Shown: positions 1 to 13,593 of the stretch, in pieces
Layout of the letters: each line of letters starts with the position of its first letter
Numbering within the stretch: position 1 is the first letter of the stretch
Source: Octopus sinensis
Taxonomy: Eukaryota
DNA: 64,000 nucleotides
Assembly (NCBI RefSeq): GCF_006345805.1
Contig: NC_042998.1
Span: 13,578,001-13,642,000, forward strand
Reading direction: 5' to 3'
Notes under the pieces: model-generated
Database searches by the model: none
What the model saw: only the letters and a program-made list of their open reading frames with translations
Told to the model about the DNA's origin: nothing
Made by a program: the position numbers and the translations under genes

Positions 1-624
1 GCAGGATAAATATGTCGTTCATAAGAGAAACAAAGGAATCTCTTTTAGTCCTCACGAATATCTACTCAATTCCTTTTCTCTTGTCGTCTATATCTCCGCT
101 TTCTATTCTTGTGCATCCGCTTCTACAATCCAACACTTTTATTTCCCACCGCATCAACACCTATTCTGTTCCGCCCCCATCATCTTCCCCACTTGTACCC
201 ATTTCTAATCCCCTTCCAGCAACATTCTCCAACACTCCCATCTATCGTTTGTTACTCTAATTCTTCACTAGCCTCTTCTTGATATTGAGCGATCGCTTAT
301 TTTTATAAGTTGATTTTTTAGACCTTAAACACATATCCAAGTGATGGGTCGCTTTTTCGTCTCTCACTGTTACTCACCACGCCACATCTCACGTCACGCC
401 TTTCCGCTCTCTGCCTGCAGCTATTTTCTCTCTGCATAATTTCCCTCCGGTATTAATCAGGGGACTATATATTTCCAAATAAAGAGGCTCTCCAAGCGTG
501 TAATAAACGTTTTCAAAACACTTTATACTACATTTGCTCTACATCTATATTTACTTGCTTTCATTCATCAGCTTCTACTTTTACGGATATTATAGCTGTT
601 ATGCCATCTTTATATAAATATATT

Positions 625-1263
625 CTTTTATTCTATCATTTGTTTCAGTCATGAAGCTGCAGTCATATAAGAGTGGCACAGTGGTTTAGCTAATTTCATC
701 CGGAAGAGGGGTTTCATATAACTACTCCTGTATGTACCTTCCTTGATTCCGCTGCCTTCGTCCGTACCTAATGCTAGGCCGTTGGTTCATCCAGTATTGT
801 GAAGGGGAGGAGGTTTACTTTTTTGATGACATATAAATCTAAATAATGTAGATTTCTTATTTTTCCCAGCAGAGCATCGAAGAGGTGTGAGCCTTTCAAT
901 CTTAGGCTATTGCAGTGCCTGATCCTCAATTTGGTCGGAATGGATGGTGCATTTGGTACAATATCATAGCGTCCACTTCTGGCATTTGTATAACATTCAA
1001 TACCGAAGTTAGGAACTCGGCCTTCTAGAGTTATCACTTTACTCTTTTACTTGTTTCAGTCCTTTGACTGCGGCCATGCTGGAGCACCGCCTTTAATCGA
1101 GCAAATCGACCCCAGAACTTATTCTTTGGAAGCCTAGTACTTATTCTATCGGTCTCTTTTTGCCGAACCACTAAGTTACGGGGATGTAAACACACCAGCA
1201 TCGGTTATCAAGCGATGTTGGGGGGACAAACACAGACAAACACACACACACACACACACACAC

Positions 1264-1306
<43 letters not shown>

Positions 1307-2077
1307 CGACAGGCTTCTTTCAGTTTCCGTCTACCAAATCCACTCACAAGGCTTTGGTCGGCCCGAGGCTATAGTAGAAGACACTTGCCCAAGGTGCCAC
1401 GCTGTGGGACTGAACCCGGAACCATGTGGTTGGCAAGCAAGCTACTTACCACGCAGCCACTCCTGCGCCTATGTGTAGATTATTACTTATCAGTCGCACC
1501 TTCACTTGAGGGAGTAAAGTCGCAGTTTTGTCACCCTCTCGCTGCAGCTCATTCACTGCATTGTTTCAATCTTTTATTGTAGTGCCGTTAGAATGCTTGA
1601 AGCTCCGATGTCAGTTTGGCACTATGTGGTTACCATAGCAGGCGGCTGAGAACAACATAACTTCCTGTGAATCGTCTGTACTTCGTTGCCATCTTGGTAT
1701 TATGCACATGACATGATGCATCATTGCACACACTGACACCCACGTCTTCCACTGTCAGTGACTTTCGGATTGGATTGACTTCAGATCTTGCATATGCAGG
1801 TTGCATTACATTCTGAAGTTAATAGTGCAGAGCCTGAAACTTTCCATCATTAAAGTGCCCGTTGTTTACTTCAGCCGACTCGTATTCAGTACCACTGTAA
1901 GTTTGCGAGTCATCTGGACATTTTATAGCCTGTGTAAACTTGTTACCATCGGGTAGCTAGTAACAATGGCTGTCAGAGTGACCATGTGCATATTTAATAG
2001 GGGGATTATAAACAGTAACGGCCCCAAGAAAATTCCCTGGTGTACGCCTCTTAGAATTGGAATTTCTTCAGAAAGGG
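625..2077 (-). mobile_element. CR1/L2-like LINE, degenerate 3' part of ORF2 plus 3' tail, interrupted by a SINE at 1038-1470
   Basis: Minus-strand translations give RGVHQGIFLGPLLFII, CPDDSQTY (ADD-like), FNDGKFQALH and KLRLYSL...IIYT. After the SINE they resume with ITLEGRVPNFGI...LRLKGSHLF, which is homologous to the ORF at 42498-42851. Tail tgactgaaacaa at about 640-651. Confidence 0.75.
1038..1470 (-). mobile_element. tRNA-derived CORE-type SINE with internal (CA)/(TA) tract
   Basis: Head aggcgcaggagtggct, CORE-like gcaccttgggcaagtgtctt, tail ctccagcatggccgcagtcaa...gactgaaacaag. Several similar copies occur in the window. Confidence 0.9.
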
Positions 2078-2123
2078 CTTCGCTACGTAAGGTTGGTAGT
2101 TTATTTATGATGTGTTCAGAATC

Positions 2124-2181
2124 AGTTCTGCTGACGATCATTAGACGTAAGTTGAATGTGAAATCACGGTGATACAGAAGT
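2124..2181 (+). ncRNA. Type I hammerhead ribozyme motif (copy 1)
   Basis: AGUUCUG-CUGACGA-UCAUU agac guaa guug AAUGU-GAA-AUCACGGUGAU-A-CAGAAGU. Predicted AUA cleavage after 2174. Confidence 0.7.
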
Positions 2182-2603
2182 AAATTCATTTTTTAAATGT
2201 CTTGCTTTGAAAAACTGCATTTGGGTATGATTAGTATAATTTTGGTAGTAATGACTTTGTCCCTCCTAGTGTGAGGCATTATGTGTAATAATGCCCTCTA
2301 TACAATATAGATATAATTAATTTGTTCAAAAGAAAAAAATTATTTTCGAATTCTTTTCTTTTATGAGGTTTTCACGCTAGCTACCCGATAATTTTCTTGT
2401 TAAGATCCCTTATTAAGAGATTATCCTTAATTGTTAAACTTATTCCGAAATACTTTTTATTACCCGACATGCAGTTCGTAAAAAGCCCGCCATTTACCGG
2501 ATATATGATTTATAAACATTCCATGTGCTTGGCCGGAGTGAGCAGTTGTCTGTTCGTCTTCGCTACGTAAGGTTGGTAGTTTATTTATGATGTGTTCAGA
2601 ATC

Positions 2604-2661
2604 AGTTCTGCTGACGATCATTAGACGTAAGTTGAATGTGAAATCACGGTGATACAGAACT
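2604..2661 (+). ncRNA. Type I hammerhead ribozyme motif (copy 2)
   Basis: As copy 1, but with a perfect 7-bp stem I (AGUUCUG/CAGAACU). Predicted cleavage after 2654. Confidence 0.75.
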
Positions 2662-4505
2662 AAATCATTTTTAAATGTCTTGCTTTGAAAAACTGCATTT
2701 GGGTATGATTAGTATAATTTTGGTAGTAATGACTTTGTCCCTCTTAGTGTGAGGCATTTATGTGTAATAATGCCCTCTATACAATATATATATATATATA
2801 TATATATATGTGCACACATATGCATATACATTTATGCACATATATGCATATATATATATATATGTACATATATACACACTCACATATATACATATGCATA
2901 TACACATATGGATCTATATGCATATGAACGCGTTATCACACAATCACTTAAATATTTCAATAGTACGAGCTATGAAAGTTTTAAACTATTGTCTCAGTTT
3001 TGCATTCGTTGGGATAAAACAAAATCACTTTTCTAGATACCCATTTACATATTCGTCTACATCAAAAAATATAATTACAGTGTTGGTTTGTTGTAATTTC
3101 AAGCAAGTCGTACACACACTCCAGCTAAATACCTGTAGCTGTGTTGACATTTATTTTTTAAATTGTCTCTGTTTTTTGTTGCTCTCATCACGCCGAACCG
3201 CAGCTCTCTTTCCTGTTAAACTGATTAGCTTTTTGATTGGGAAATATTCTAAATATCGTTGTAACGAGATAGATGAAGTGATGCTAAAATATATATCCTG
3301 CCACTGGATACCTTCAGCTCGATAACTCTGAAATCCTAGAATATCTTAAAATCTTTTCTATCTTTTTTATCAAATTATTCTAAGAAGGATATAATCAGTT
3401 TTTAGGGTTTACGTTGAATATTATCCCCAAGCAATTCTGAACGGTTTTTCTACAGCAGTACTATTACCATCTAGCTATCATCATCACTGCTCCAATTAGA
3501 AGGAAAAATCAAGAGGTCTGCTTGAAGTATTAACAGGATTATGCTACAGATCATTCGCTTAAACGTCATTGACAAACTTAAGTCACAGAATAGTGAACGA
3601 TAAACTTTAGTTTTTGAACGAAACTGTATTTATAATATGACTAGGCGATTTGACGGGTATCGATCGCTAATGATAAGAGTACTCCTTCACCAGCTGCAAT
3701 AATTGTAGTTCCTCACTATCACATACACATAAACACACGCATATATCTATGTGTGTACGTGCATGTATGCTGGTATATAATATAAATATGTGCATGTGTA
3801 CCTATGTGTGTGTATGTGTATGTGTTCTGTGCCAGCTTCTATCTATATCATTTAGTAGATGTATATTTTATGAATTTAAAAAATTGTAGGTCATTTACAA
3901 TGAGTCATTCTGCACAGGGATGTTCCCATGAAAATCGCTTCTATTTGATAAATAGAAAACTATTATGTATCAAAAGGGTACGATTATATCTCTATAAATC
4001 AAACTAATCTATATCATCATAGAAAATTACATTTTCATTTTGACATATATTGTGAAGAATATACGTGAAAAGAAAATAATAGAAAATTATACTGGATAAT
4101 AATGAAAGGCAATAAGCAGAAATAAAAGACGTAAAAGTATGTTTCGAACCTAATGAACAAGTACCCGTCGGTTCTTATCAGAAACAATTTCTTTCTAATT
4201 TTGAACAGCAATTTTGTGTATGAAAACGATGATCTACTTCATAGCATTGTGTCACTCCATAAGGGAGGGCCCTGACGCGATGTGTTAAAGTTCTTCTATA
4301 TTGTATACAAATCATCTCTTACTAATTGGAAGATTGTTAAACTGACAGCCTAGTGTCAGAAACGATTGTACTGTATTTTTATTCTATGTTATGCTGAACG
4401 ATAAGTCATCTATAGAAAATGCACTTGGTTTGAAAAGATGATCGGACCCAATGAAAGACACGAAGCTTTTAGGCGTCATGGTAGTTTTTTAAGCTCTTAT
4501 CTATC

Positions 4506-4552
<47 letters not shown>

Positions 4553-7409
4553 ATGAATCTTTATATTTATATTGCCTGTGATTGTATGTATTCACCCTTT
4601 CTACATAGGTCATATGGGAATTTGATTTCTAGTTCTTGTCAGAGAAAAATACTGAACACTAATATCTACAGAGTGAACATGATTCTATGAGAAAGAACGG
4701 ATTATATATTTACTTTCTTTTTTTCTTTTCTATTCTTCAATTCAATTGACCCTCAAAATGGAATATCCGTTATATTTGTTCTGCATTATAAGATCATGGG
4801 TTAGTGACCACCATTGTGTTATTTTGACATATTCATGAACATTTCTCAAGATAATAAAATGTATTGTGGATAACTCAGTTGACCGTCTACTAGAAAATTG
4901 ATGGAAATTTTCTCTTACCATTTTCCTTATTTTTAAAAAATACATTGAAAGCTGTAATATAGGTCCCTATATGTCCTGTTTTTAATTCTATTTATCCACG
5001 TGATTTTTTGTTGCTTATCGAGTAATCGATATATGAAAAGTATAGCTGTTTTCAGCAAACACTGTAATTTCTTTGTCATGATTATATATTCGATATATTT
5101 ATAAAACTGAAAAGCAATCTTAACTTTAACAGTAACGACTTTCCAAATAAATATTTCATATAATAGATCTACATTTTGTCCCAAGCTATTTCTCAAGTTT
5201 CTTCAGTATTGCACTTATTATACAAATATGTACATTCAAAAAATATAACAATTACTAGCAGTTTCAAGATATTAATCAGTTTAGGTATCTTAAAACAGAG
5301 CAATAAAAAACTTGGCGTGTTTGTATTCCTGGAAGTATGACTGCATTATATCCTATCATTATAACCTATCATATAACAACACTTGAATCCGTTAATTTTA
5401 CAATCGGCGCTAACTATGTTAACGTAATATTTAGTTGTACAATATATAATAATCTGATTGAAACAGAAAAAATGAGAAAGCACCGTCCTCAAATTTAATT
5501 ATCATTATTGAAATTCAAGTTGAATAAATTTGTAAAACTGTGTCGCAATATAATTACTTGAAAGTAATTTATACACTAAAATTGAAGTTGACTGTAATTC
5601 TCTTTTAAAATATCAATTCATAAAGTGATTTTTATTTTATTATGTAATAATTATACTTAAATAAGAAGATAATTAAATGTAGGAAACACAAATGGAATGA
5701 GTGTATTATTATGTTATAGTTCACTTGCATGAAAAGTTAATAATAGCTTTTCATGAATTTCAGTTATCAAATCTGTATTAAAAATAAATAATTCGCATTG
5801 AATGGTGTTTGGTTGTACCTATTTCTTTTTTTTTTTTTTGGCTTGTTGTAGGTGCAGTAATTCCTTGTACAATAACATTTATTTTAATATTATTAGAAGA
5901 AAATATACAATCTAGGAATTTCAATAACTAATAAAATTACATATAGCTTTCCACATATTAATTTGTAAAACGAATGTATGCTTTATAATAAATTATACAC
6001 CAGCAAAAATGATAAAATCACAAATACAAAAGCAATGGTTTCAGTAAGACAACAGCATTAAACAAATATGAACGTAGATGGACAGAGGCTTGAACAATTA
6101 AACACTCTTTCTAAAGAAAAGTATATACCAGGAGGTTGTGTAGAAAAAGTTATTCATAGAATATATTATATTAAAATATTATAGGAATGAAAATGTCTTC
6201 ACCTCAAAAGTTATTGCACCTAAAATCGAATCGTAACAATTATGTCAGATGTTGCCTGTTAGGCAGAAAAAAGAATGACGTACACACAACAGAGGGAAAG
6301 TGAGAAGCCTTTCCCAGTTTGGATAGTGAAAACAGTGTAAATTATATTGCAGTACTCGAAAATACGAATACACAAAGACATATAGTTGAGAATGAAGTCC
6401 ACAAAAGTATTATATCTTCCGTATGCAATGCTCCAGTCTTCTCAAAACAAATATGGTGAGACATATATATACAATGGAAGAGAAGAGAGAAGAGACCATC
6501 TAAGATATACGTATACTGATATCAATGCATGGACTGAAAATATGAAACTTGTTGTACGTATACACGTAGCACAACTATTATAGGAGTTATGAACAAAAGA
6601 GGACACATGACTGATGGTTGATGCACCAGTAGTTCTCGGAGGATCTTTACCTTGACATTTTTAGCTGCATTGAATATTCGCATATCTATTTACAGGTATT
6701 TTCCATGGATATGCAACTTGGATTCCCGTCTCAAAGCAGCAATAGCTTCTCAGAACCGGGGATTCAAAACGATCCTTGTTTAATACAAATTTTGCCCTTT
6801 TTAAGTACGTAACCTACGCAAGTCAATGGGGGAATATCATAGGAAAAACTGATGAAACGCGTATAATGGCTGATATCAGATTTGAAATCAATTTTGTTAT
6901 ATGACTGTCTTCATTTTTGTATTAGCATGAATATTACATAACCAGATCTACGTGAAAGCTACTTCTTTCTCGCTATGTATATATGCTTTTAGTGTGAGAG
7001 GTCTTCAAATTAAAGGATCTCTACTCTGGAAATGTTTGACTTTATACACAGAAGCAAGCATTTCGGTACAAATACTTGATTTTCCACTTGAGATAAAGAA
7101 AATATTTCAGATCTTAGTACTTAAACTGTTATGGTGTCATACACAATAAATACTGTTAGGAAAATGGGTACTAAGGCATGTGTATAGATATATTAGTACT
7201 AGTTCAACACTTATTGGCATCCCATTTACTCACGAGTATAAATCTACTAATTTTGCGCTTCCACATCTGCTAGTTACGAAAAGTTTGACGGCGCAGCAGT
7301 GTATCTCAGCATTAATTGAATTTTTTCGCCGCCCTCATAAATTACAGCTTGGCTTCCTATGAGGTCATTTAATCTATAATAAAGAGATTCTCACTCGGTA
7401 TTTGCATAA

Positions 7410-7605
7410 TAATTGTATGTTGCGCAAAATGCTTCGCAGCATTTCATCTCTCTTCCCGTTCTGGGTTCAAATTCCACCGAGGTCATCTTTTCATTTTATC
7501 CTTTCGGGGTTGTTAAAATGAATATTAGTCGAACACTGGGGTTGATGTAATCGACTTATTCTTTCCCGAAAATTGCTGGCCTTGAGCCAAAATTTTAGAT
7601 CAATA
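7410..7605 (+). mobile_element. Degenerate tRNA-derived SINE (same family as 14691-15268)
   Basis: B box gggttcaaattcc followed by atcctttcggggttgttaaaatgaa, similar to the 14.7-kb units. Confidence 0.7.
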
Positions 7606-8656
7606 CTTGTATGTCACTACACATGTCGAACAGGGGAATATACCGTTTAAAATAAAACTTGATGATTACATATCAATGAAAAAGCAATAGTATACAGATT
7701 TTGAAATTCGTTTAATGCTCAAAAGAAAGAACATAGAATATAATCGGTATATGTTACGGTAAAAGGCACTTCTTAATCGAAAACTCTTGTCTACAAAGAC
7801 GAACGCGTGTGGAGAATATTGAATATTGACAAACTCGTACCTAGGTAATCAAAATATCGTATCGGATTGTATTGCATCAAAGAATAATATTTTTGAAAGA
7901 AATAGTGCTTAGTCTGTTGTTAAGGCGAGTAGTTAGCCTTTTGTTAGATATAAAACGTGCATTATTGATAAACAGTTCCAGTGGGCAAGCTAACATTTTA
8001 TCATCTCATCAATACCGAATTATGAAATATATTATAGCTTTGCATTACAATGAGAATTCGGCTACATGATATATGCTACAAAAAACCCATTTTCTGTTGA
8101 CGTTTTGCACTGCAGTTTTGCAGTGCACATGATAAATTGCGCATTAATCAATCTTAAGCTGACGCCAAATATATGAGAAGACATTAATAGACATATATAT
8201 ACATATATATGTATATGTATTGCACCGAACATTCTAACAACTCATTTCGAAGTTTTCCTCGAAAACTGGCATATTCAGAATGTTCTAGAAAGTACAATGG
8301 GGGATCGTAAACATAACTGGCCAATTTTCCTAGCAACAATAATTATTTTAAACACTAATCAAACATTTTTAGCTTCATTAGTTAATGCATAATTAATTTT
8401 TACGCATATGTATATATATGATATTAAGGTAATAAAAATTATAGAAACTTTTACTACCAGTGGCCTAGCGTACATACAAATTAGTCAATAGATTATATAT
8501 TATTCACATAAAATACAGTGTACATTAAAACACATTGAGAGCCTTCCATCATATTTTATTTTTCATTCCCTTCGAGAATTTATGCCTAATTCATGGTTTG
8601 GATTTAACTGTTCTTTCTAGCGTAATGGATTCCTATGATGGAAGCCTCTTAATGTG

Positions 8657-8730
<74 letters not shown>

Positions 8731-8762
8731 ATAATATATATATACATACATACATACACACA

Positions 8763-8798
<36 letters not shown>

Positions 8799-9609
8799 TG
8801 TATATATATTTGTATGTCTGTATTTATAACTATACATATGTATTATCCATTTGTTAGCAAAATATTCGAATTAGTTGGAAGAAATATAATCTCAAGTCTA
8901 AAATTGTCAAAATTTTGAGGCAATACTAAGTATAAAATCTCGCATTACGATTTTTCATATAAGCCTTATTTTCTTTTATCCATTTTGAAGGATGTCTGTA
9001 GAGAAATATACTGACGTATATTACTGTAAGAATTTGTCTTGAGGGCAGAACAACATTTCAGCCCGATTGACGAAACTTATTTTATGACAAGTCGTATGTC
9101 ATAGATGAATATCTGAATTTGAATTCTTAATCTTACAATATAAAGCATTAGTGTTTTGCTTTCATTTAGATGTTCGTTACTGTAGTATATTACAGTGAAT
9201 CCCAACGTCATATCCATTCAAATCAGAATGTGGTTAGGTAGCTTAGAATACCTTCTTTGTCAATCAGTTTCTTTGTTTCTTTCTGAAATATATAAATATG
9301 AAAATTCATTGTATTATATATCGTAGATAGGTTATTAGCTTATTTCTCTTGAAACAAAATATTAGTGATGTGCTTTAAATAAAAAATGAAGGGACCATAT
9401 TTAACTTAGGTTTCGGCCAGTATAGGCCCAGGTCATGTGTAACTTAATAGAACCACCTGGTGAAGTATTTTTTAGATCGTGATTCACACCTCAGTCATAT
9501 ATGGGAAACCATAGCCCACTCTAGCAAAGAGTTATTATTGGTGAAGACATATACGGATATAGGAGGTGGGTCCGGGAATTGTTTGAGAAATTTGTCCAGA
9601 TAACTATCG

Positions 9610-10633
9610 ACTTTTATGCGATCTGTTTCGTTTTGATGTATTTTTGTATAACAAAGAGAGCTGGAACCGTTGATGTAAAGTAGCTGTGTCGTAATGTTGT
9701 TATGCGTCTTGAGTTCGATGTTTGTTGTGGGTGGATAGCACGGGGTCCTAGTCTTGGGTAGATTTTAAAATTCATGTCAACATCATTTGTGCAATATTGA
9801 TGGAATATTTTCCACATAACACAAATGATGTAGCATTCACTACGGAGTAGGAGAGATTAGGGATTGAATCTTTTTAGTCGACCCCAATAGTCGATGCCTG
9901 TCATGCCGTCTATCTTTCATGTCCTCTGGAGTGCTTTCACGTTCATAATGTGTAACATCGTGTGAGGAGACCACAGCAGTATTCCAGGTGGGGTTGCGCA
10001 AAAGTAGAGTAGACAAGGATGATTGTGTGAGCATCTCTAGACAAGAAAATTCTCAGAATCCTCAAGCACATTTTGCAGGCCAACTCAACTTTGCCGTTTA
10101 TGTGGGAACTCCAGCTTACATAGTTATCAACAATTACTCCAAGGTTTCTGGTGTTGTTGGATAACACTAGGCAGTCGCCGACGGGAATGGCATATGGTAG
10201 ATGCAGAGTATCATGCTTTTCTAAGAGGATCAAATTAAACTTATCTTCATTGAGAAGCATATTGCTCTGCAAACAGTAAACAGATCTGACTGAAGGCATG
10301 TTCAGTTTCCAATTTCGTTTATAGCCTTGGGGAGCTTGGGATTGTATGCAAAGTATTTCAAAGTGCAATGTTTGATGGCGATTACTATGTCACTCATGTA
10401 GATAATGACGAGTGGACACAAAAAGGTAACTTGTGGGACACTACAACTGACTTTGGCTGAGACTGATCGGATTCCCTCAAACACAGTAAGATGGGTTCTG
10501 TTCGTCAGGAAACAATTTATCAACTACAACAGATTTCGAAGGGCTCCAATGTTAGAATGTTTCTTCAGCAGGATTTTGTTGTCTGTCCACTCTGTCAAAT
10601 AACATGCTGAAATCAAGGTTTCGGGTGCTTATC

Positions 10634-10636
<3 letters not shown>
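9610..10636 (-). mobile_element. CR1/L2-like LINE, degenerate RT and C-terminal fragment
   Basis: LDFSMLFDRVD (LDFSKAFD-like), SVPQVTFLCPL (GVPQG-like), KYFAYNPKL, RNLGVIVDNYVSWSSHI and PHLEYCC, with many frameshifts. Confidence 0.75.
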
Positions 10637-10669
<33 letters not shown>

Positions 10670-10675
<6 letters not shown>

Positions 10676-11100
10676 GAAAAATACAAACTGGGACAAGAAC
10701 GTAAAACATTTAGAAGACGATACAAAAAGCACGGACGGGACATTCGAAGCCTTCAATCTTCAGTCAAGAACGGAATCATCCTAGCAATTTCGGCTGATTA
10801 ATCTTGAGATCGCTCCGATCCGGCCAGCCCCAAGGAAAATCTAAGCTACGAGCATTAGATTTTTTGGGAGAAGGATCGAATGTATACGAAACAGGGACAG
10901 AAAAACGGACGATGCCACACGAATATAAAATACAAAAAACAATAATGGTAAAAACAGGACAAAAACAGCGGGTGTCTTACGACTAATAAACAGTACAACT
11001 TAGTTTAGCTAGCGTAGTTTGGAAAAAAATGCCTTTATCGGCAGACGAATACAACGATGTTCTCACGGCAGTGGTCGGATGCCAAAAGGCTGATTTTGAC
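10670..11100 (+). mobile_element. Possible highly decayed Tc1/mariner-superfamily transposase remnant
   Basis: Fragments RKTFRRRY, RSGQP (RSGRP-like), HEYKIQ (PYKIQ-like) and ADE occur in the expected order. Weak. Confidence 0.3.
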
Positions 11101-11769
11101 CAGCGGTCACGTGAGAGAAGATAGAGAAAAGAAAGGGGGCAAAAGAAACAAAGAGAGACAGAAAAAGAGGGACGAAGGCAACAAAGGGTGGAGAAGAGAG
11201 AGAAAGAAGGAATTAAAGAGGGGAGAAGAAAGAGTGCGTGCCAAGGATTGGCTTGTGAGTGCAAAGTGAGAAAGATAGAGAAATGTGAGAGAGTGGGGGA
11301 AGAGTAGACCAAAGAATCAGAGGCAAGAAAAGAGAAAATGAGAAGTAGAGAGAGAGAAGGGTATATATATATATATATATATACCTATGTTTTGTTTGTC
11401 TTTTTGTCTATGTTTTTCCGAATCCCATCAGCGCTTGGAACCAGTGTTGGTGTTTTTATGTTCCCGTAAGCTAGTGGTTTGGTAATAAAGCGATCAATAG
11501 AATAAGTACTAGTCTTGAAATTTAAGTACAGGTGTCGATTCATTCGACTGAATGCCCCCCAGTATGGCTGCAGTCTAATGACTAGAGAAAGAGAGAGATC
11601 CGGGTCTATATGATTGTGTATAGAGAAATATATTAATGACTGAAATTCCAACATAATCTGATATTCAAATTTTATTATTTACAATTTTCATAATTATAAT
11701 ATTAGAATATTATATATTTAGAGCGATAAAAGTAATACTTTCATGCGTAACGCAGTCATCAGGTATTTG

Positions 11770-11799
11770 TAGTAGTTGCAGCAGCAGCAGCAGTAGTAA

Positions 11800-11892
<93 letters not shown>

Positions 11893-11928
11893 CAGCAGCA
11901 GCAGCAGCACCAGTAGCAGCAGAAGCTG

Positions 11929-11973
<45 letters not shown>

Positions 11974-11976
11974 TTA

Positions 11977-12010
<34 letters not shown>
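11770..12010 (+). repeat. Compound (TAG)n/(CAG)n microsatellite
   Basis: Direct reading. Confidence 0.95.
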
Positions 12011-12011
<1 letters not shown>

Positions 12012-12877
12012 ACAGCTGTGTTGCACCATTGACAACTGTATTGACATGATTAAATTTGTCCTTTAAATTCTCTCCGTTGGGCTCCGGCAAGCTCAATCTT
12101 GCGAAGTGCATTTTGACCAGTCAGTATGTGACTCAGATGTCACGGATTGGTGATCGCGCGCCAGCTAAGTTTCTAACTTTATTTCGACCACTCAGTATGT
12201 AGATTAGATGTCCTGGTTTGGTGAACGCGCATTTATCCTGCTTTTTTTTTTTCATCGAAATATTTTAGTAATTGGTGTGCGGCTTAGACGTCACGGTTGG
12301 CTGGACACGTCAAAGATTCTTTACTTTGACCGCACCTAAAGAAATTATAATTCAGCTATATTTAGGAATATTGTAAACAACATTCCTGTTTTCATTGAAT
12401 TATATTGCTAATATTCCAATAATTTTCCAGACATTTTACATTTCAATGAAGTCGATGTTGATATGGTTAACACTATCTTCATCACCATCGCTTTTATCAT
12501 TATTATTATTGATTTCCGTCGGATCGCTTTAAGTAACCATCTGGTAACATGTGATCAGAAAATATTTATAGTATTCCCGTTCTACAAACTACACAACTCA
12601 AGAGAAGTCGAGATAAAAATCAGAGAAAATAATATTATTGATAAATGCAAACCCGTTTTAAATGGACAAATAAAATGTACTTTCTTTTTATCTCACCCAC
12701 ATTAAAAAAATCGCCATAAAAATTGGGTTATCTCCCCCTAGAAAGTTTGTGTTTATGTAGCGACAAGAAATTGGATTAAAAAGGGTTGGATCTTTTTGAT
12801 TCAATACTTCAACACATTATTGAGTTTTGACCGCCTCCACAGCCATGGTATGATTTGTTAGAAAAATGTTATTAAAC

Positions 12878-13298
12878 AGGCGCAGGAGTGGCTGTCTGGT
12901 AAGTAGCTTGCTAACCAATAACACGGTTCCGGGTTCAGTCCCACTGCGTGGCACCTTGGGCAAGTGTCTTCTACCATAGCCCCGGGCCGACCAATGCCTT
13001 GTGAGTAGATTTGGTAGACGGAAACTGAAAGAAGCCCGTCGTATATATGTATATATATATGTGTGTGTGTGTGTGTGTTTGTGTGTCTGTGTTTGTCCCC
13101 CTAGCATTGCTTGACAACCGATGCTGGCGTGTTTATATCCCCGTCACTTAGCGGTTCGGCAAAAGTGACCGATAGAATAAGTACTGGGCTTACAAAGAAT
13201 AAGTCTTTGGGTCTAGTTGCTCGACTAAAGGCGGTTCTCCAGCATGGCCGCAGTCAAATGACTGAAACAAGTAAAAGAGTAAAATAGTAAAGAGTAAA
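12878..13298 (+). mobile_element. CORE-type tRNA SINE, full length
   Basis: aggcgcaggagtggct ... accttgggcaagtgtctt ... gactgaaacaagtaaaagag. Confidence 0.92.
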
Positions 13299-13339
13299 CT
13301 ATAAGATGTTTAATCGTGTCAGTTTTATGTTTACTCGTC

Positions 13340-13555
13340 TATTTGTTTCAGTCATTTGACTGCGGCCATGCTGGAGAAGCGCCTTTAGTCGAGTAAATTG
13401 AATCCAGGACTTATTCTTTGTAAGCCTAGTACATATTCTATCGGTCTCTTGTGCCGAATCGCTACATTGCGGGGACGTAAACACACTAGCATCGGTTGTC
13501 AAGCGAGGCTCGGGGGACACCCAAACATATAAACAAGCATACATATTTACACACG

Positions 13556-13593
<38 letters not shown>

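Larger units (their letters stand above)
2078..2785 (+). repeat. Direct repeat of about 230 bp with 480-bp period, each copy carrying a hammerhead motif
   Basis: 2078-~2305 and 2558-~2785 are nearly identical by direct reading. Confidence 0.9.

Noticed and set aside
1-300. Purine-rich minus strand that may be a LINE endonuclease remnant
   Set aside because: All frames are interrupted and no diagnostic motif was recovered.
6690-6810. Apparent exon (tttacag acceptor, aa|gtacgt donor)
   Set aside because: No recognisable protein and no partner exons. FHGYATW resembles a decayed RTE LYG.ETW motif equally well.
9395-9440. Minus-strand GGCC/GGCC-GAAAC hammerhead-like half
   Set aside because: The core and stem I do not fit.
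11725-11772. Minus-strand CUGAUGA-CUGCG uua CGCAU-GAAA
   Set aside because: Stems I and III cannot both form and 10.1-11.1 is mismatched. At most a relic.
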